NCBI GenBank assembly: GCA_002306345.1
Contig: DBRQ01000009.1
Span: forward strand, 85,197 to 149,196
Direction: 5' to 3'
DNA from: Candidatus Pacebacteria bacterium UBA1364
Lineage (GTDB): Bacteria; Patescibacteriota; Microgenomatia; UBA1400; PJMF01
Length of the DNA: 64,000 nt
Within the stretch, counting starts at the first letter, position 1; each line of letters starts with the position of its first letter. Shown piece by piece: positions 1-9,260 of the stretch. The notes below the pieces were generated by a model. The model was not told the DNA's origin and made no database searches. It was given only the letters and a program-made list of their open reading frames with translations. A program made the position numbers and the translations under genes.

Positions 1-37
1 TTTCCTATGAGTTCCACTGGTCACACGGCGGTGATGG

Positions 38-1015
38 ATGCACCTAGCGCAGCTTCAGCGGAGCAACTTAAAGAATTGGGTATTAGACTGGCTTAGCTTT
101 TGCTACAATGAATTGGTGAGAAAAACTTTAGTTTTATTATTGGTGGTTTTGTTTGGTTCTTTGTTAGGATCAGTTTATGTGTGGTTTTTTTATCCACAAA
201 AAACTGAACAAGAGTTTGTCGTTGAGCTTTTTCCTTTAGAAAATATACCGGTTTTTAAAAGTAGTGCTTTAGCTTATGAAGACTTAATTTTAAGCGCTAC
301 AGCAGTTTATGCCCTCGATCTCTCTTCTGAAACGGTGCTTTATGAAAAAAATAGCCAAACACCACTTTATCCAGCCTCAACCAGTAAAATGATGACTGCT
401 TTAGTAGCTGTAGATTCATTCGCTTTGGATCAAACTCTGCGAGCTAATCATGAAGCCACTGTATCTGGTAATAAGCTTGGAGTCAAAGAAGGACAGTTGC
501 TGACAGTGCAAGACCTTTTGGCGGCCATGTTGATCTTTTCAGCCAACGATAGCGCCTATGTTTTAGCTGATAATGATCAATTAGGTTTTAGCAATTTTAT
601 ACAAAAGATGAACAATAAAGCTTTAGAACTTGGACTTTTACAAACTCATTTTGCTAATCCAGCTGGTTTAGATGAAGAGGAGCAAAAAACTACTGCGAGA
701 GATTTAACCATTATTGCCAAAGAATTACTGAAAAATGAACAACTGAAAAAATTGGTGGCGATGCCTTATCAAAGGATAGAAGGTTCAGATTGGAGCTATG
801 ATCTTTATAACAGCAATCAATTAATTGGCCAAATTCAAGGGGTAATGGGAGTGAAAACGGGTACTACAGAATTGGCAGGTGAAGTTTTAGTGGCTTTTTT
901 AGAAAAAGATAATCATCAAATTTTATTAACTTTAATGGGCAGTCAAGATCGCTATCAAGATGCCAGTCAATTAATTGCCTGGATATTTAATAATTACGAG
1001 TGGAAAACACTCTGA
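38..1015 (+). CDS. Serine-type D-Ala-D-Ala carboxypeptidase (PBP5 / peptidase S11-like), N-terminally membrane anchored
   Basis: 325-aa ORF with SxxK (STSK), SxN (SAND) and KTG (KTGTT) motifs in canonical order, plus a hydrophobic N-terminal helix. Start is uncertain; in-frame TTG 113 and GTG 116 just before the helix are alternatives. Confidence 0.85.
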   Translation: MHLAQLQRSNLKNWVLDWLSFCYNELVRKTLVLLLVVLFGSLLGSVYVWFFYPQKTEQEFVVELFPLENIPVFKSSALAYEDLILSATAVYALDLSSETVLYEKNSQTPLYPASTSKMMTALVAVDSFALDQTLRANHEATVSGNKLGVKEGQLLTVQDLLAAMLIFSANDSAYVLADNDQLGFSNFIQKMNNKALELGLLQTHFANPAGLDEEEQKTTARDLTIIAKELLKNEQLKKLVAMPYQRIEGSDWSYDLYNSNQLIGQIQGVMGVKTGTTELAGEVLVAFLEKDNHQILLTLMGSQDRYQDASQLIAWIFNNYEWKTL

Positions 1016-1036
1016 AGAAACGATTAGAATAGACTT

Positions 1037-2122
1037 ATGTCTACCACCACTACAGAAAGTTCCGGGCCAAATCTTACTAGCGCTAATTATTTGGGCCGTT
1101 TGCTAGTTAAATATGGTTTAGTTTTTTTAGTTGCGCTGATGGTAGGAAGGATTTTATTTAATGCTTTTATGAATTACTGGAAGGCAACTCATCCAGAACC
1201 GCCTCCACCTCCCACCGTTGGTTTTGGTATTTTGCCCAATATTAAATTTCCTTCCCAGGATGAAACTGATAAGCCTCAATCTTATAGTTTGGAAATGGCT
1301 TATGGTATTAAAGAAATTACCGATCGAGCTAAGGTTTTTTTGGTTATCAAATCAGCTGCTAATTTATTGGCCGATGAACGTATTAAAGAAATTGCTGCCA
1401 ATTATGGTTTTATTTTTTCTCCAGAGGTAATTTCTGATCAAACTTATCGTTTCACCAAAAATACTCCTTTGGATATGAGCTTGGAAATTAATTCGGTTGA
1501 TTTTACTTTTTCACTACGAAGTAATTTTTTATCAAGGCCAGATTTATTAACCAGTAATGGCCAATTGCCAGAAGAATTTGAAGCTATTAAACAAGTAAAA
1601 AATTTTGTTTCATCAGCTGATTTACTAGGTTCGGACATGGCCTCTGCTTCTGGTAAGGTAACTTTTTTAAAATCAATTGGTGGAGAGTTAAAACCAGCCT
1701 ATTCACTTTCTGAGGCTAATTTTTTGCAGGTTGATATCAATCGCAATCCAATTGATCAGCTTTATAAAATTTACACTAGTGAGGGAGAAAAGGGGGTTAT
1801 CTCGGCCAAATTAACTTCGGCTTTTTCTTCTAACAATGCAATTGTAGAAATGGACTATTTTTATCGTCAAGTCGATTATTTAAATTTTGAAACTTACCCA
1901 TTGCGTACCGCTAAGTCAGCTTGGAACCTCGTTCAATCCGGAGATGCTTACGTTCTTAATGGTAAAGGTTTAAAAGAAGCAGTGGTGAGAGAAGTAGAAC
2001 TAGCTTACTATGATAGTTTTGATGAGCAAAAATATTTACAACCAATTTATGTTTTTAAAGGTGATAATAATTTTATGGCCTTTGTTCCAGCAGTTAGTGC
2101 CAATTATTTAAGTAGAAATTAA
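1037..2122 (+). CDS. Hypothetical membrane-anchored extracytoplasmic protein
   Basis: 361-aa ORF starting 21 nt after the carboxypeptidase. One N-terminal TM helix (LVFLVALMVGRILF) is followed by a PPPPP linker and a large soluble domain. No family recognised. Confidence 0.65.
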   Translation: MSTTTTESSGPNLTSANYLGRLLVKYGLVFLVALMVGRILFNAFMNYWKATHPEPPPPPTVGFGILPNIKFPSQDETDKPQSYSLEMAYGIKEITDRAKVFLVIKSAANLLADERIKEIAANYGFIFSPEVISDQTYRFTKNTPLDMSLEINSVDFTFSLRSNFLSRPDLLTSNGQLPEEFEAIKQVKNFVSSADLLGSDMASASGKVTFLKSIGGELKPAYSLSEANFLQVDINRNPIDQLYKIYTSEGEKGVISAKLTSAFSSNNAIVEMDYFYRQVDYLNFETYPLRTAKSAWNLVQSGDAYVLNGKGLKEAVVREVELAYYDSFDEQKYLQPIYVFKGDNNFMAFVPAVSANYLSRN

Positions 2123-2142
2123 GATGGTAAAATATCACTAAT

Positions 2143-3579
2143 ATGACTTGTGTTCGTACAAGAATGGCTCCTAGTCCGACTGGTGAAATGCATGTTGGTA
2201 GCATGGCAACTTTGCTTAAAAATTATGCCTTTGCCAAAAAACATGGTGGCCAGTTTATTTTACGCATCGAAGACACCGATAAGGAAAGAGAAGTAGCTGG
2301 TGGGGTGGCAGCTATTCAAGAAATTATTCACCGCTATGGTTTGGATTGGGACGAGGGTCCTGATAAAGATGGTAGCTTTGGGCCTTATATTCAATCGGAA
2401 AGATTGGCTATTTATAAACAAGCCGCTTTAGATTTAGTTGCCAATGGGAAAGCTTATTACTGTTTTTGCTCAAAAGAGCGTCTATCTGACGTCAAAAAAC
2501 AGCAGCTGGCTGATAAAAAACCGCCTCACTATGATCGCCATTGTCGAAATATTCCTTTGAAGGAGGCACAAAAAAGAGTGGCTGAAGGAGAAAGCTATGT
2601 TATTCGTTTGAAAGTGCCGGAAAATCAAACAATTACTTTTACTGATCTTATCAGAGGACAAATTACCTTTAATTCTAATTTGATAGATGATCAGATTTTG
2701 TTAAAGTCTGATGGTTATCCTACTTATCACCTAGCGGTGGTAGTTGATGATCATTTAATGAAAATTACTCACGTTATGCGTGGTGAAGAATGGATCAGTT
2801 CCACTCCCAAGCATATTTTACTGTATCAAGCTTTTGCTTGGGATATACCAATTTTTGCTCATATACCAGTCTTTTTAAATCCAGATGGCAAGGGTAAAAT
2901 GAGTAAAAGAAAAGGGATGGTTTCGGCAGCTTCCTTTTTGGACAGAGGTTATTTACCAGAAGCGATGCTGAATTTTTTCATGATTTTGGGTTGGGCAAAG
3001 AAAGACCAACAAGAAGTGATCAGCCTTGAAGAATATATTCGGGAGTTTGAGCCTAGTGATTTAAGTAGTAACAGCGTAGCTTTTGATATTCAAAAATTAA
3101 ATTGGCTCAACGGAGTTTACATTCGCAAGCTTAGCATCGAGCAATTAAAAACTCATATTTTACCGTTTGTATCAGCAAATTTTCCACTAGAAAAACTTGA
3201 GGAGGTTTTACCTTTGATTCAAGAACGGTTGGTGACATTGGCAGATTTTGACCAATTAACCAAATTTTTCTATACAACACCTAATTATGAGCCCACTTCG
3301 TTGTTGCAAAAAAACGTATCTAAGGAATTAGTAATTGAAGAATTAAAGGCAACTATAGATTCAATTCAATCACTTACAATTTGGTCTTTGCCACACTTGG
3401 AAAAGGCGATTAGAAATTTGCAGGAGAAAAATGATTGGCACAAAGGTCAATTTTTTATGATGCTCCGCATTGCTGCCACTGGTGAAAAAGCCACCCCGCC
3501 ACTATTTGCTACAATGATAGTTTTGGGTCAGGACTTATTGATCACTCGTCTGCAAGAAGCTTTAAATAAATTGGTTTAA
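2143..3579 (+). CDS. gltX: Glutamyl-tRNA synthetase
   Basis: RMAPSPTGEMHVGS (HIGH-type motif), KMSKRK (KMSKS motif), and length typical of bacterial GluRS. Confidence 0.93.
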   Translation: MTCVRTRMAPSPTGEMHVGSMATLLKNYAFAKKHGGQFILRIEDTDKEREVAGGVAAIQEIIHRYGLDWDEGPDKDGSFGPYIQSERLAIYKQAALDLVANGKAYYCFCSKERLSDVKKQQLADKKPPHYDRHCRNIPLKEAQKRVAEGESYVIRLKVPENQTITFTDLIRGQITFNSNLIDDQILLKSDGYPTYHLAVVVDDHLMKITHVMRGEEWISSTPKHILLYQAFAWDIPIFAHIPVFLNPDGKGKMSKRKGMVSAASFLDRGYLPEAMLNFFMILGWAKKDQQEVISLEEYIREFEPSDLSSNSVAFDIQKLNWLNGVYIRKLSIEQLKTHILPFVSANFPLEKLEEVLPLIQERLVTLADFDQLTKFFYTTPNYEPTSLLQKNVSKELVIEELKATIDSIQSLTIWSLPHLEKAIRNLQEKNDWHKGQFFMMLRIAATGEKATPPLFATMIVLGQDLLITRLQEALNKLV

Positions 3580-3584
3580 AAATT

Positions 3585-4400
3585 ATGACTGCCCAGAGCA
3601 AATCACAACAAATTCTCGCTAGTTTAGCTATGGCTGGACAAGTTGCCATGACTACTCCGGTGCCTTCTACAAACCAAAATCAGTCAGTTGTAGATGAAAA
3701 AACTAAGGCAGTAGCGCTGGACATCTCGCAACAAGAACATCAAGAGATCATTGCTAAACTGAGTGCTTACGTTAATTCTCCGGCTGGTCATTTAGAAAAA
3801 GAAACTGAGCTTTATCTTGAGCAACAATTATCAGAAATTTTAGGATTTAAAGTACGCGCAGAATTAGACGGCAAAAGACTTAATCATAGTATTGGCACTA
3901 TGGGTGCGGAACAACATTTATTGCGTTTTCCCGGGGATGAATTGCAAGCACATGATGCTTATCTTGAAGCGGGGATCGCGCCTCATCGAGGAGCTTTTGG
4001 CTGGTTTACGCAAAATGGTCAATTAACTAAAGAATCAATTTTAAGAGAAAAGTATTATTTTGCAGTGCAATTAATGTATTTACCAGGATGGGGTCAAGAC
4101 TATCAAGAACTAAAACCTTGGTACAAATTTCGCAAAATGATTGTTATTAATCCTGCCGAACAAGTTGCAGTGGTGGGCGTGGTGGCTGACGCCGGCCCCA
4201 GCATGTGGGTGAAAAAACAATTTGGTGGTTCCCCAGAAGTGATTCGCGAGGGTAGAATTTGGAGTCCTAATAGTAAAGGAAAAGTAATGATTTTGTTTAT
4301 TGACGACGAAGAAGATCAAGTACCGCTGGGTCCAATTTCGCTAGATTTCAAAACAATCCTGGCTCGTAGCCAAAACAATCAAAATAAAGATAATTCTTAA
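3585..4400 (+). CDS. Hypothetical protein; C-terminal half has a tentative RlpA/DPBB-like pattern
   Basis: 271-aa ORF tightly packed between gltX and ybeY. The segment MIVINPAEQVAVVGVVADAGPSMW..FGGSPEV resembles the 'V.V.N...g..vvv.V.DrGP' core of double-psi beta-barrel proteins. No clear signal peptide. Confidence 0.6.
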   Translation: MTAQSKSQQILASLAMAGQVAMTTPVPSTNQNQSVVDEKTKAVALDISQQEHQEIIAKLSAYVNSPAGHLEKETELYLEQQLSEILGFKVRAELDGKRLNHSIGTMGAEQHLLRFPGDELQAHDAYLEAGIAPHRGAFGWFTQNGQLTKESILREKYYFAVQLMYLPGWGQDYQELKPWYKFRKMIVINPAEQVAVVGVVADAGPSMWVKKQFGGSPEVIREGRIWSPNSKGKVMILFIDDEEDQVPLGPISLDFKTILARSQNNQNKDNS

Positions 4401-4409
4401 ACTAACCAT

Positions 4410-4805
4410 ATGATTAAAGTAAATTTGTTTGTAGGATCTCGCTATTTAGTCAATCGACGTCAAATTAAAGAAACTGTTCAACGTGTTTTAAATGAACACA
4501 ATGTCGATAATGTCCAAGTTGATATTTCAATTGTTGGCGTGAGAAAGATTACTACTCTTAATGAAAAGTTTTTGCAGCATTCCGGGCCAACTGATGTTTT
4601 ATCTTTTCCACAACAGGAACGAGGACAAGGGCAAGATATTCCTTTGCCAGAAAAAGAATTAACTCATTTGGGGGATGTGGTTATTAGTTTTCCTGAAGCA
4701 GTAAAAACTGCCAAAAGATTTGGCAAAATGGTTGATCAGCAAATTTGTTTTTATTTAGAGCATGCTCTTTTGCATTTGCTTGGCTATCATCATGACGATC
4801 ACTAA
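4410..4805 (+). CDS. ybeY: rRNA maturation endoribonuclease YbeY
   Basis: 131 aa with a C-terminal HALLHLLGYHH zinc-binding motif (HxxxHxxGxxH). Confidence 0.9.
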   Translation: MIKVNLFVGSRYLVNRRQIKETVQRVLNEHNVDNVQVDISIVGVRKITTLNEKFLQHSGPTDVLSFPQQERGQGQDIPLPEKELTHLGDVVISFPEAVKTAKRFGKMVDQQICFYLEHALLHLLGYHHDDH

Positions 4806-4945
4806 AAGATCACTGAAAGAATAAATTCAGAAATGGCTTTTCATCCCTGCCTCATAATTTACTGTCAAGGCAGTGATATGATTAGTTAAATTGCGGGTGA
4901 TGAACAAAAAATCAATTTCAACATAAAATGTGCTAAACTCTAGCT

Positions 4946-6499
4946 ATGGCTTGGTATCGTCTTTATCGTCCTAAAAAAGTTCAAGATTTAAGCATTGAAC
5001 CGGTGCGGCAAGCACTACAAAAAATGATGGCTGATGGCAAAATTCCGCAGTCTTTGTTATTTGCTGGACCAAAAGGCACTGGTAAAACTTCAGCTTCCCG
5101 TATTTTAGGAGCGATGCTGAATGATCCAGCCAACGCTGCTTTAGTAGATTATCTTTTTTTCAAAAAAAAAGCGCCAACTAGGTTATCTTTTGTAGAACCA
5201 GACGAAAAAAGTGATTTTGCCAAGAGAGTTTATGAAGGTCATTCTTTTGTGGTACAGGAATTAGATGCTGCTTCCAATCGACGCATTGATGATATTCGTT
5301 TACTTAAGGAAAGAATCAATTTACCTCCTTCTGAAGGCAAAATGATGGTTTATATCTTAGACGAAGTACACATGTTGACCAATGAAGCTTTTAACGCTTT
5401 ATTGAAAATTTTGGAAGAACCACCTTCTCATGTGGTTTTTATTTTGGCCACCACCGAATTACATAAATTACCTGCGACGATTATTTCTCGTTGCAGCGTG
5501 ATTAATTTTAGGAAAGCCACTGATGAAGAACTTAAAGAAGCTCTTAAAAAGGTGTTAGAGGCAGAAAAAATTAAATTTAAAGAAACTGATCTAGAAAAAA
5601 TTGTTTTGCGAGCTGATGGCAGTTTTCGCGATGGGATAAAAATTTTGGAGATGGCCTGCAAAAATAAACAACTGGATTTAATCAGTATCAAAGATCTTTT
5701 AGCCACTGACAATGAAAGTTACATTAAAAACCTACTGACAGCAGTCATGCATAAGCAAGATCAAACTTTAATTAAAATTTTTGAAGAACTAAGAAATGAA
5801 AATTGTAATCAAAAGGATTTTTATAAAGATCTTTTTGAATTTTTACATAAAGATTTACTAGTCAATTTGGCAATAATCAATGGGACAGCTCATTATTCTC
5901 GCGCAATTGACCAATTTTTTCTTAAAGAGCTTGTGGCCAGTGACTTAAATCAAGAAACGCCCATTTCTTTTTTGGTTCTAGAATTAAAATTTTTAGACAT
6001 CATTGAACGATCGAAAAAAAACTCGGCTACTTCTTTGCCGCCAAAAGACCAGGCCGATGCAGTAGATAGCAAAAAAAAAATTCAAAAAAGTGAAATGACT
6101 GCCGATTTAAGTACTGCGGATGATGTTGTGAATGCTTCATCTGATTTAATTACTCCACCAAGTTTGCCTAATATTCCAGATATTAAGGATTTATGGCAAA
6201 GCTTAATCAAAACTTTTGAACACAATAATTTTGCCCTTCTCACCTTACTTAAATCTTGCAAATTAGATAGTTTAGATAATGGGATAGCCAAAGTTTTGGT
6301 TTATTATTCTTTCCACAAAGAACAGCTTGAACAGAATAAAAACAAAGAACTTTTAAATCAGGCTGCTAAAGAAATTTTTGGCGTAGATTTACAGTTCACT
6401 TTTGTTTTGCAAAATAAGTCAGTTTTGGCAGAGAGTGTAGATGAGAGCGAAACTAGGAGAGCAAATTTAATCCTTGCAGCTGAGGATTCGCTGTTATAA
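4946..6499 (+). CDS. dnaX: DNA polymerase III subunit gamma/tau
   Basis: Walker A GPKGTGKTS, Walker B LDEVHML, sensor SRC motif, followed by a divergent C-terminal tau-like region. Confidence 0.92.
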   Translation: MAWYRLYRPKKVQDLSIEPVRQALQKMMADGKIPQSLLFAGPKGTGKTSASRILGAMLNDPANAALVDYLFFKKKAPTRLSFVEPDEKSDFAKRVYEGHSFVVQELDAASNRRIDDIRLLKERINLPPSEGKMMVYILDEVHMLTNEAFNALLKILEEPPSHVVFILATTELHKLPATIISRCSVINFRKATDEELKEALKKVLEAEKIKFKETDLEKIVLRADGSFRDGIKILEMACKNKQLDLISIKDLLATDNESYIKNLLTAVMHKQDQTLIKIFEELRNENCNQKDFYKDLFEFLHKDLLVNLAIINGTAHYSRAIDQFFLKELVASDLNQETPISFLVLELKFLDIIERSKKNSATSLPPKDQADAVDSKKKIQKSEMTADLSTADDVVNASSDLITPPSLPNIPDIKDLWQSLIKTFEHNNFALLTLLKSCKLDSLDNGIAKVLVYYSFHKEQLEQNKNKELLNQAAKEIFGVDLQFTFVLQNKSVLAESVDESETRRANLILAAEDSLL

Positions 6500-6621
6500 T
6501 GTCTTTTTACAAGTTAATAATTTAAAGAAAGGAGCAAATAATTTTTATGCAGCTTTGATGATTCGAAAAGATGTGTCTGTTTGAGTCATCTTAAGTAAGT
6601 AAAAATCATTCGCGAAATAAT

Positions 6622-6900
6622 ATGGCAGGTTTTATCAATCAAATTGGGGATTTAAACAAATTAAAAAATCAAGCTAAACAAATGCAAAAAGAATTAGCGG
6701 CAGAAGAGATTATCGTTGAACGTGGTGATATCATTGTCAAGATCACTGGCGGTCAAGAAATCAAAGATATTTCTGTACAAAATATTCACAGTGATGAATT
6801 AGTTAAAGCTCTTAATGAAGCAATTAAAAAATCTCAAGAAGTAGCTGCCAAAAAATTGCAAAGTATGACTGGTGGTTTAGGTGCGCTGATGGGCAAATAA
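6622..6900 (+). CDS. ybaB: Nucleoid-associated protein YbaB/EbfC
   Basis: 92 aa with an N-terminal LNKLKNQAKQMQKEL motif, in the conserved position directly after dnaX. Confidence 0.85.
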   Translation: MAGFINQIGDLNKLKNQAKQMQKELAAEEIIVERGDIIVKITGGQEIKDISVQNIHSDELVKALNEAIKKSQEVAAKKLQSMTGGLGALMGK

Positions 6901-6909
6901 CTATTTTCC

Positions 6910-7545
6910 ATGAACGTTTTTATTGCCAGCACCAATCAGGGTAAAATTAAAGAAATTAAGGCTATTCTTGGCGATCATTCACTGAATTTATTAAGCATTT
7001 TAGATGCTGAAAAACTAAAAAAATTAAATATCGTCATCAAGCAAGATTTTGAAGTAATTGAGAGTGGTCAAACTTTTCAGGACAATGCTCTGCTAAAAGC
7101 CAAAGCTTACGCCGAACTAACTCAATTACCAACCATTGCCGATGATTCTGGCTTAGAAGTGCAAGCTCTTGGCGGTTTTCCAGCTGTAAATTCTAACCGT
7201 TGGTTTAAGGGGAGTGCATCTGAGCGTAATTTAGCATTACTAAATTTACTTAAAGATACAAATAACCGTCAGGCTAGGTTTTACAGTGTCATTTGTTTTT
7301 TTGATCCCCAAAAAAACTTAGTTAAATTTTTTGATGGAGAAGTACAAGGCACAATCGCCACTAGACCAAGAGGAAGCAAAAACAGGGGTTTTGGTTATGA
7401 TCCAATTTTTATTCCCCAAGGTTATGAGCAAACTTTTGCCCAACTGGGGATAAAACTAAAAAATAACATCTCTCATCGTCGCAAAGCTTTAATTAAGCTA
7501 AGCCGATACCTTCTTCCAAATAAACATCTTGAACAGCTTGAATAA
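6910..7545 (+). CDS. rdgB: Non-canonical purine NTP pyrophosphatase (RdgB/HAM1 family)
   Basis: IASTNQGKIKEI N-terminus, FGYDPIF and SHRRKAL C-terminal motifs. Confidence 0.88.
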   Translation: MNVFIASTNQGKIKEIKAILGDHSLNLLSILDAEKLKKLNIVIKQDFEVIESGQTFQDNALLKAKAYAELTQLPTIADDSGLEVQALGGFPAVNSNRWFKGSASERNLALLNLLKDTNNRQARFYSVICFFDPQKNLVKFFDGEVQGTIATRPRGSKNRGFGYDPIFIPQGYEQTFAQLGIKLKNNISHRRKALIKLSRYLLPNKHLEQLE

Positions 7546-8563
7546 TTTTAATTCCTTCTTCCATTGGTTTTTTGAAAGCTTTTCTGCCCATAATTAAGCC
7601 GGCTCCACCAGCTCTTTTATTAATCACAGCACTTTTAATTGCAGCTTTTAAATCTTTTTGTAAATCGCCTTGCTCATCGCTTTCACCGCCAGAATTAATT
7701 AAACTAATTTTACCAGCGTAGCAATTCATCACCTGCAAGCGAACCATATCAATGGGATTTTCTGTACTTAAAGTTTCATACATTTCCGCATTTTCTTTGC
7801 CAAATTTAAATTTGCGAAAAGCACCATCATTTGTTGGCATTTTTTGCTTGATAATATCCGCCTCAATAGTTACGCCTAGGCGATTAGCATAAGAAGTCAC
7901 ATCGGCGGCATTTTCATAATCAAGATTCTTATCCCGCCAAGCTTGGTTGCGTGGATAACACCATAAAATTGTGGCTAAGCCCAATTGATGAGCTTCGTAA
8001 AAGGCTCGACTGATTTCTACAATTTGACGATTCGAAGCTTGTGAACCGAAATAAATGGTTGCCCCAATAGCTACAGCACCCATATTATAGGCTTGACGCA
8101 CTTGAGCGAATAAAATTTGGTCCCATTTGTTTGGATAAGTCAACAATTCATTGTGATTAATTTTGACAATAAAAGGTATTTTTTCAGCATATTTTCTACT
8201 AACTAATCCAAGAGTACCTAAACTTGCGGCGACACCACTGCAATTGGCCTCTAGCGCTAATTTAATTACATTCTCTGGATCGAAGTAAAGTGGATTCTTG
8301 TAAAAAGAATAAGCAGCGTTATGTTCAACATCTTGATCAACTGGCAAAATTGATAAATAGCCAGTGTTGCCCAAACGGCCATGCTGATAAAGTCGCTCTA
8401 AATTTTGGATGACTTCTTCACTACGATCGGAATTGGCAAACACACTTTGTACGTGATCAGCTTTGGGAAACTCAAGCAATTCTTTTGGTAACAATTGACA
8501 TTGATGAGCTAGAAGATATTGAGCCTCACTACCCAAAGCATCAATTATTTCTTGATAAGTCAT
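7493..8563 (-). CDS. fbaB: Class I fructose-bisphosphate aldolase (FbaB/DhnA type)
   Basis: Collinear with my recollection of E. coli FbaB: GYLSILPVDQ, NPLYFDP, VKINHNE, GATIYFGS, DIIKQKM, SENPID, INSGG, VINKRAGG, GRKAFKK, AVQDVYL. Confidence 0.92.
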   Translation of the reverse strand: MTYQEIIDALGSEAQYLLAHQCQLLPKELLEFPKADHVQSVFANSDRSEEVIQNLERLYQHGRLGNTGYLSILPVDQDVEHNAAYSFYKNPLYFDPENVIKLALEANCSGVAASLGTLGLVSRKYAEKIPFIVKINHNELLTYPNKWDQILFAQVRQAYNMGAVAIGATIYFGSQASNRQIVEISRAFYEAHQLGLATILWCYPRNQAWRDKNLDYENAADVTSYANRLGVTIEADIIKQKMPTNDGAFRKFKFGKENAEMYETLSTENPIDMVRLQVMNCYAGKISLINSGGESDEQGDLQKDLKAAIKSAVINKRAGGAGLIMGRKAFKKPMEEGIKIIQAVQDVYLEEGIGLA

Positions 8564-8581
8564 TTTCTTTCAATTTTACTT

Positions 8582-9157
8582 TTATTTTTTACTTTTATTA
8601 GTAATTTTTTTCGTTTCATTTTTAATTTCTTTTTTGACAAACGTTTTAATTTCTTTTGTTTTATTAATTAAATTTTGTAGTGGAGAATATGCGGATTTAA
8701 TTTCATAAAGTACATAAAGGTTAATTAATAAACTCAATAGCGCACTAAGCAAACCACTGACAAACAGTAAGACACTGCAAAGGTTCATAATCAATTCTAA
8801 AAAACTTAAACAAAATAGAATAAACCAGCCATTAAGTTTTCTATTTTTGAGAGGTTTGTAAGCGATTAAAGCGATACTACCCATCAATATTCGTAACAAA
8901 CCAATTAAGTAAAAATACACCGGAGCAATTCCATACCAAGAACTAATAAGCTGATGGGGCGAACGAACACTATAAATGGTATTAAAACCACTAATAACTA
9001 AAAGTAAACCAGAAATTAGAATTAAGTAGGGAATGATTTTGACTATGATCCCCACCAGTGCTTTTGGTAAATGTGGCGCTTTCTTAAAGATTTGCTCAAG
9101 GTTTTTATCAAGCTTTTTGATGATGGGAGAAGTATACAAAGAAGTAATATTTTTCAT
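8582..9157 (-). CDS. Hypothetical polytopic membrane protein with Lys-rich C-terminal tail
   Basis: 191-aa ORF with about 4 hydrophobic helices and a KKEIKNETKKITNKSKK tail. Confidence 0.6.
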   Translation of the reverse strand: MKNITSLYTSPIIKKLDKNLEQIFKKAPHLPKALVGIIVKIIPYLILISGLLLVISGFNTIYSVRSPHQLISSWYGIAPVYFYLIGLLRILMGSIALIAYKPLKNRKLNGWFILFCLSFLELIMNLCSVLLFVSGLLSALLSLLINLYVLYEIKSAYSPLQNLINKTKEIKTFVKKEIKNETKKITNKSKK

Positions 9158-9260
9158 AAAATTATTTTAGCATAAATGCTAGTCTGTCGCCATCTTTTGT
9201 ATTGTTATTTTTTTCAAATCTCACACTGCGGAGATCTTTTTTTCAGTGTAAACTAATTTA

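Noticed and set aside
4847-4873. Hairpin CTGCCT-N15-AGGCAG upstream of dnaX, examined as a possible SRP RNA, riboswitch or terminator
   Set aside because: It is only a 6-bp stem with no U-tract and no conserved RNA motif. The evidence is too weak to call anything.
5154-5170. T7-C-A9 homopolymer tract early in dnaX as a programmed frameshift site
   Set aside because: A shift here would truncate the protein inside the ATPase domain. It simply encodes FFKKK in an insertion, so it is a slippage hazard rather than a plausible recoding signal.
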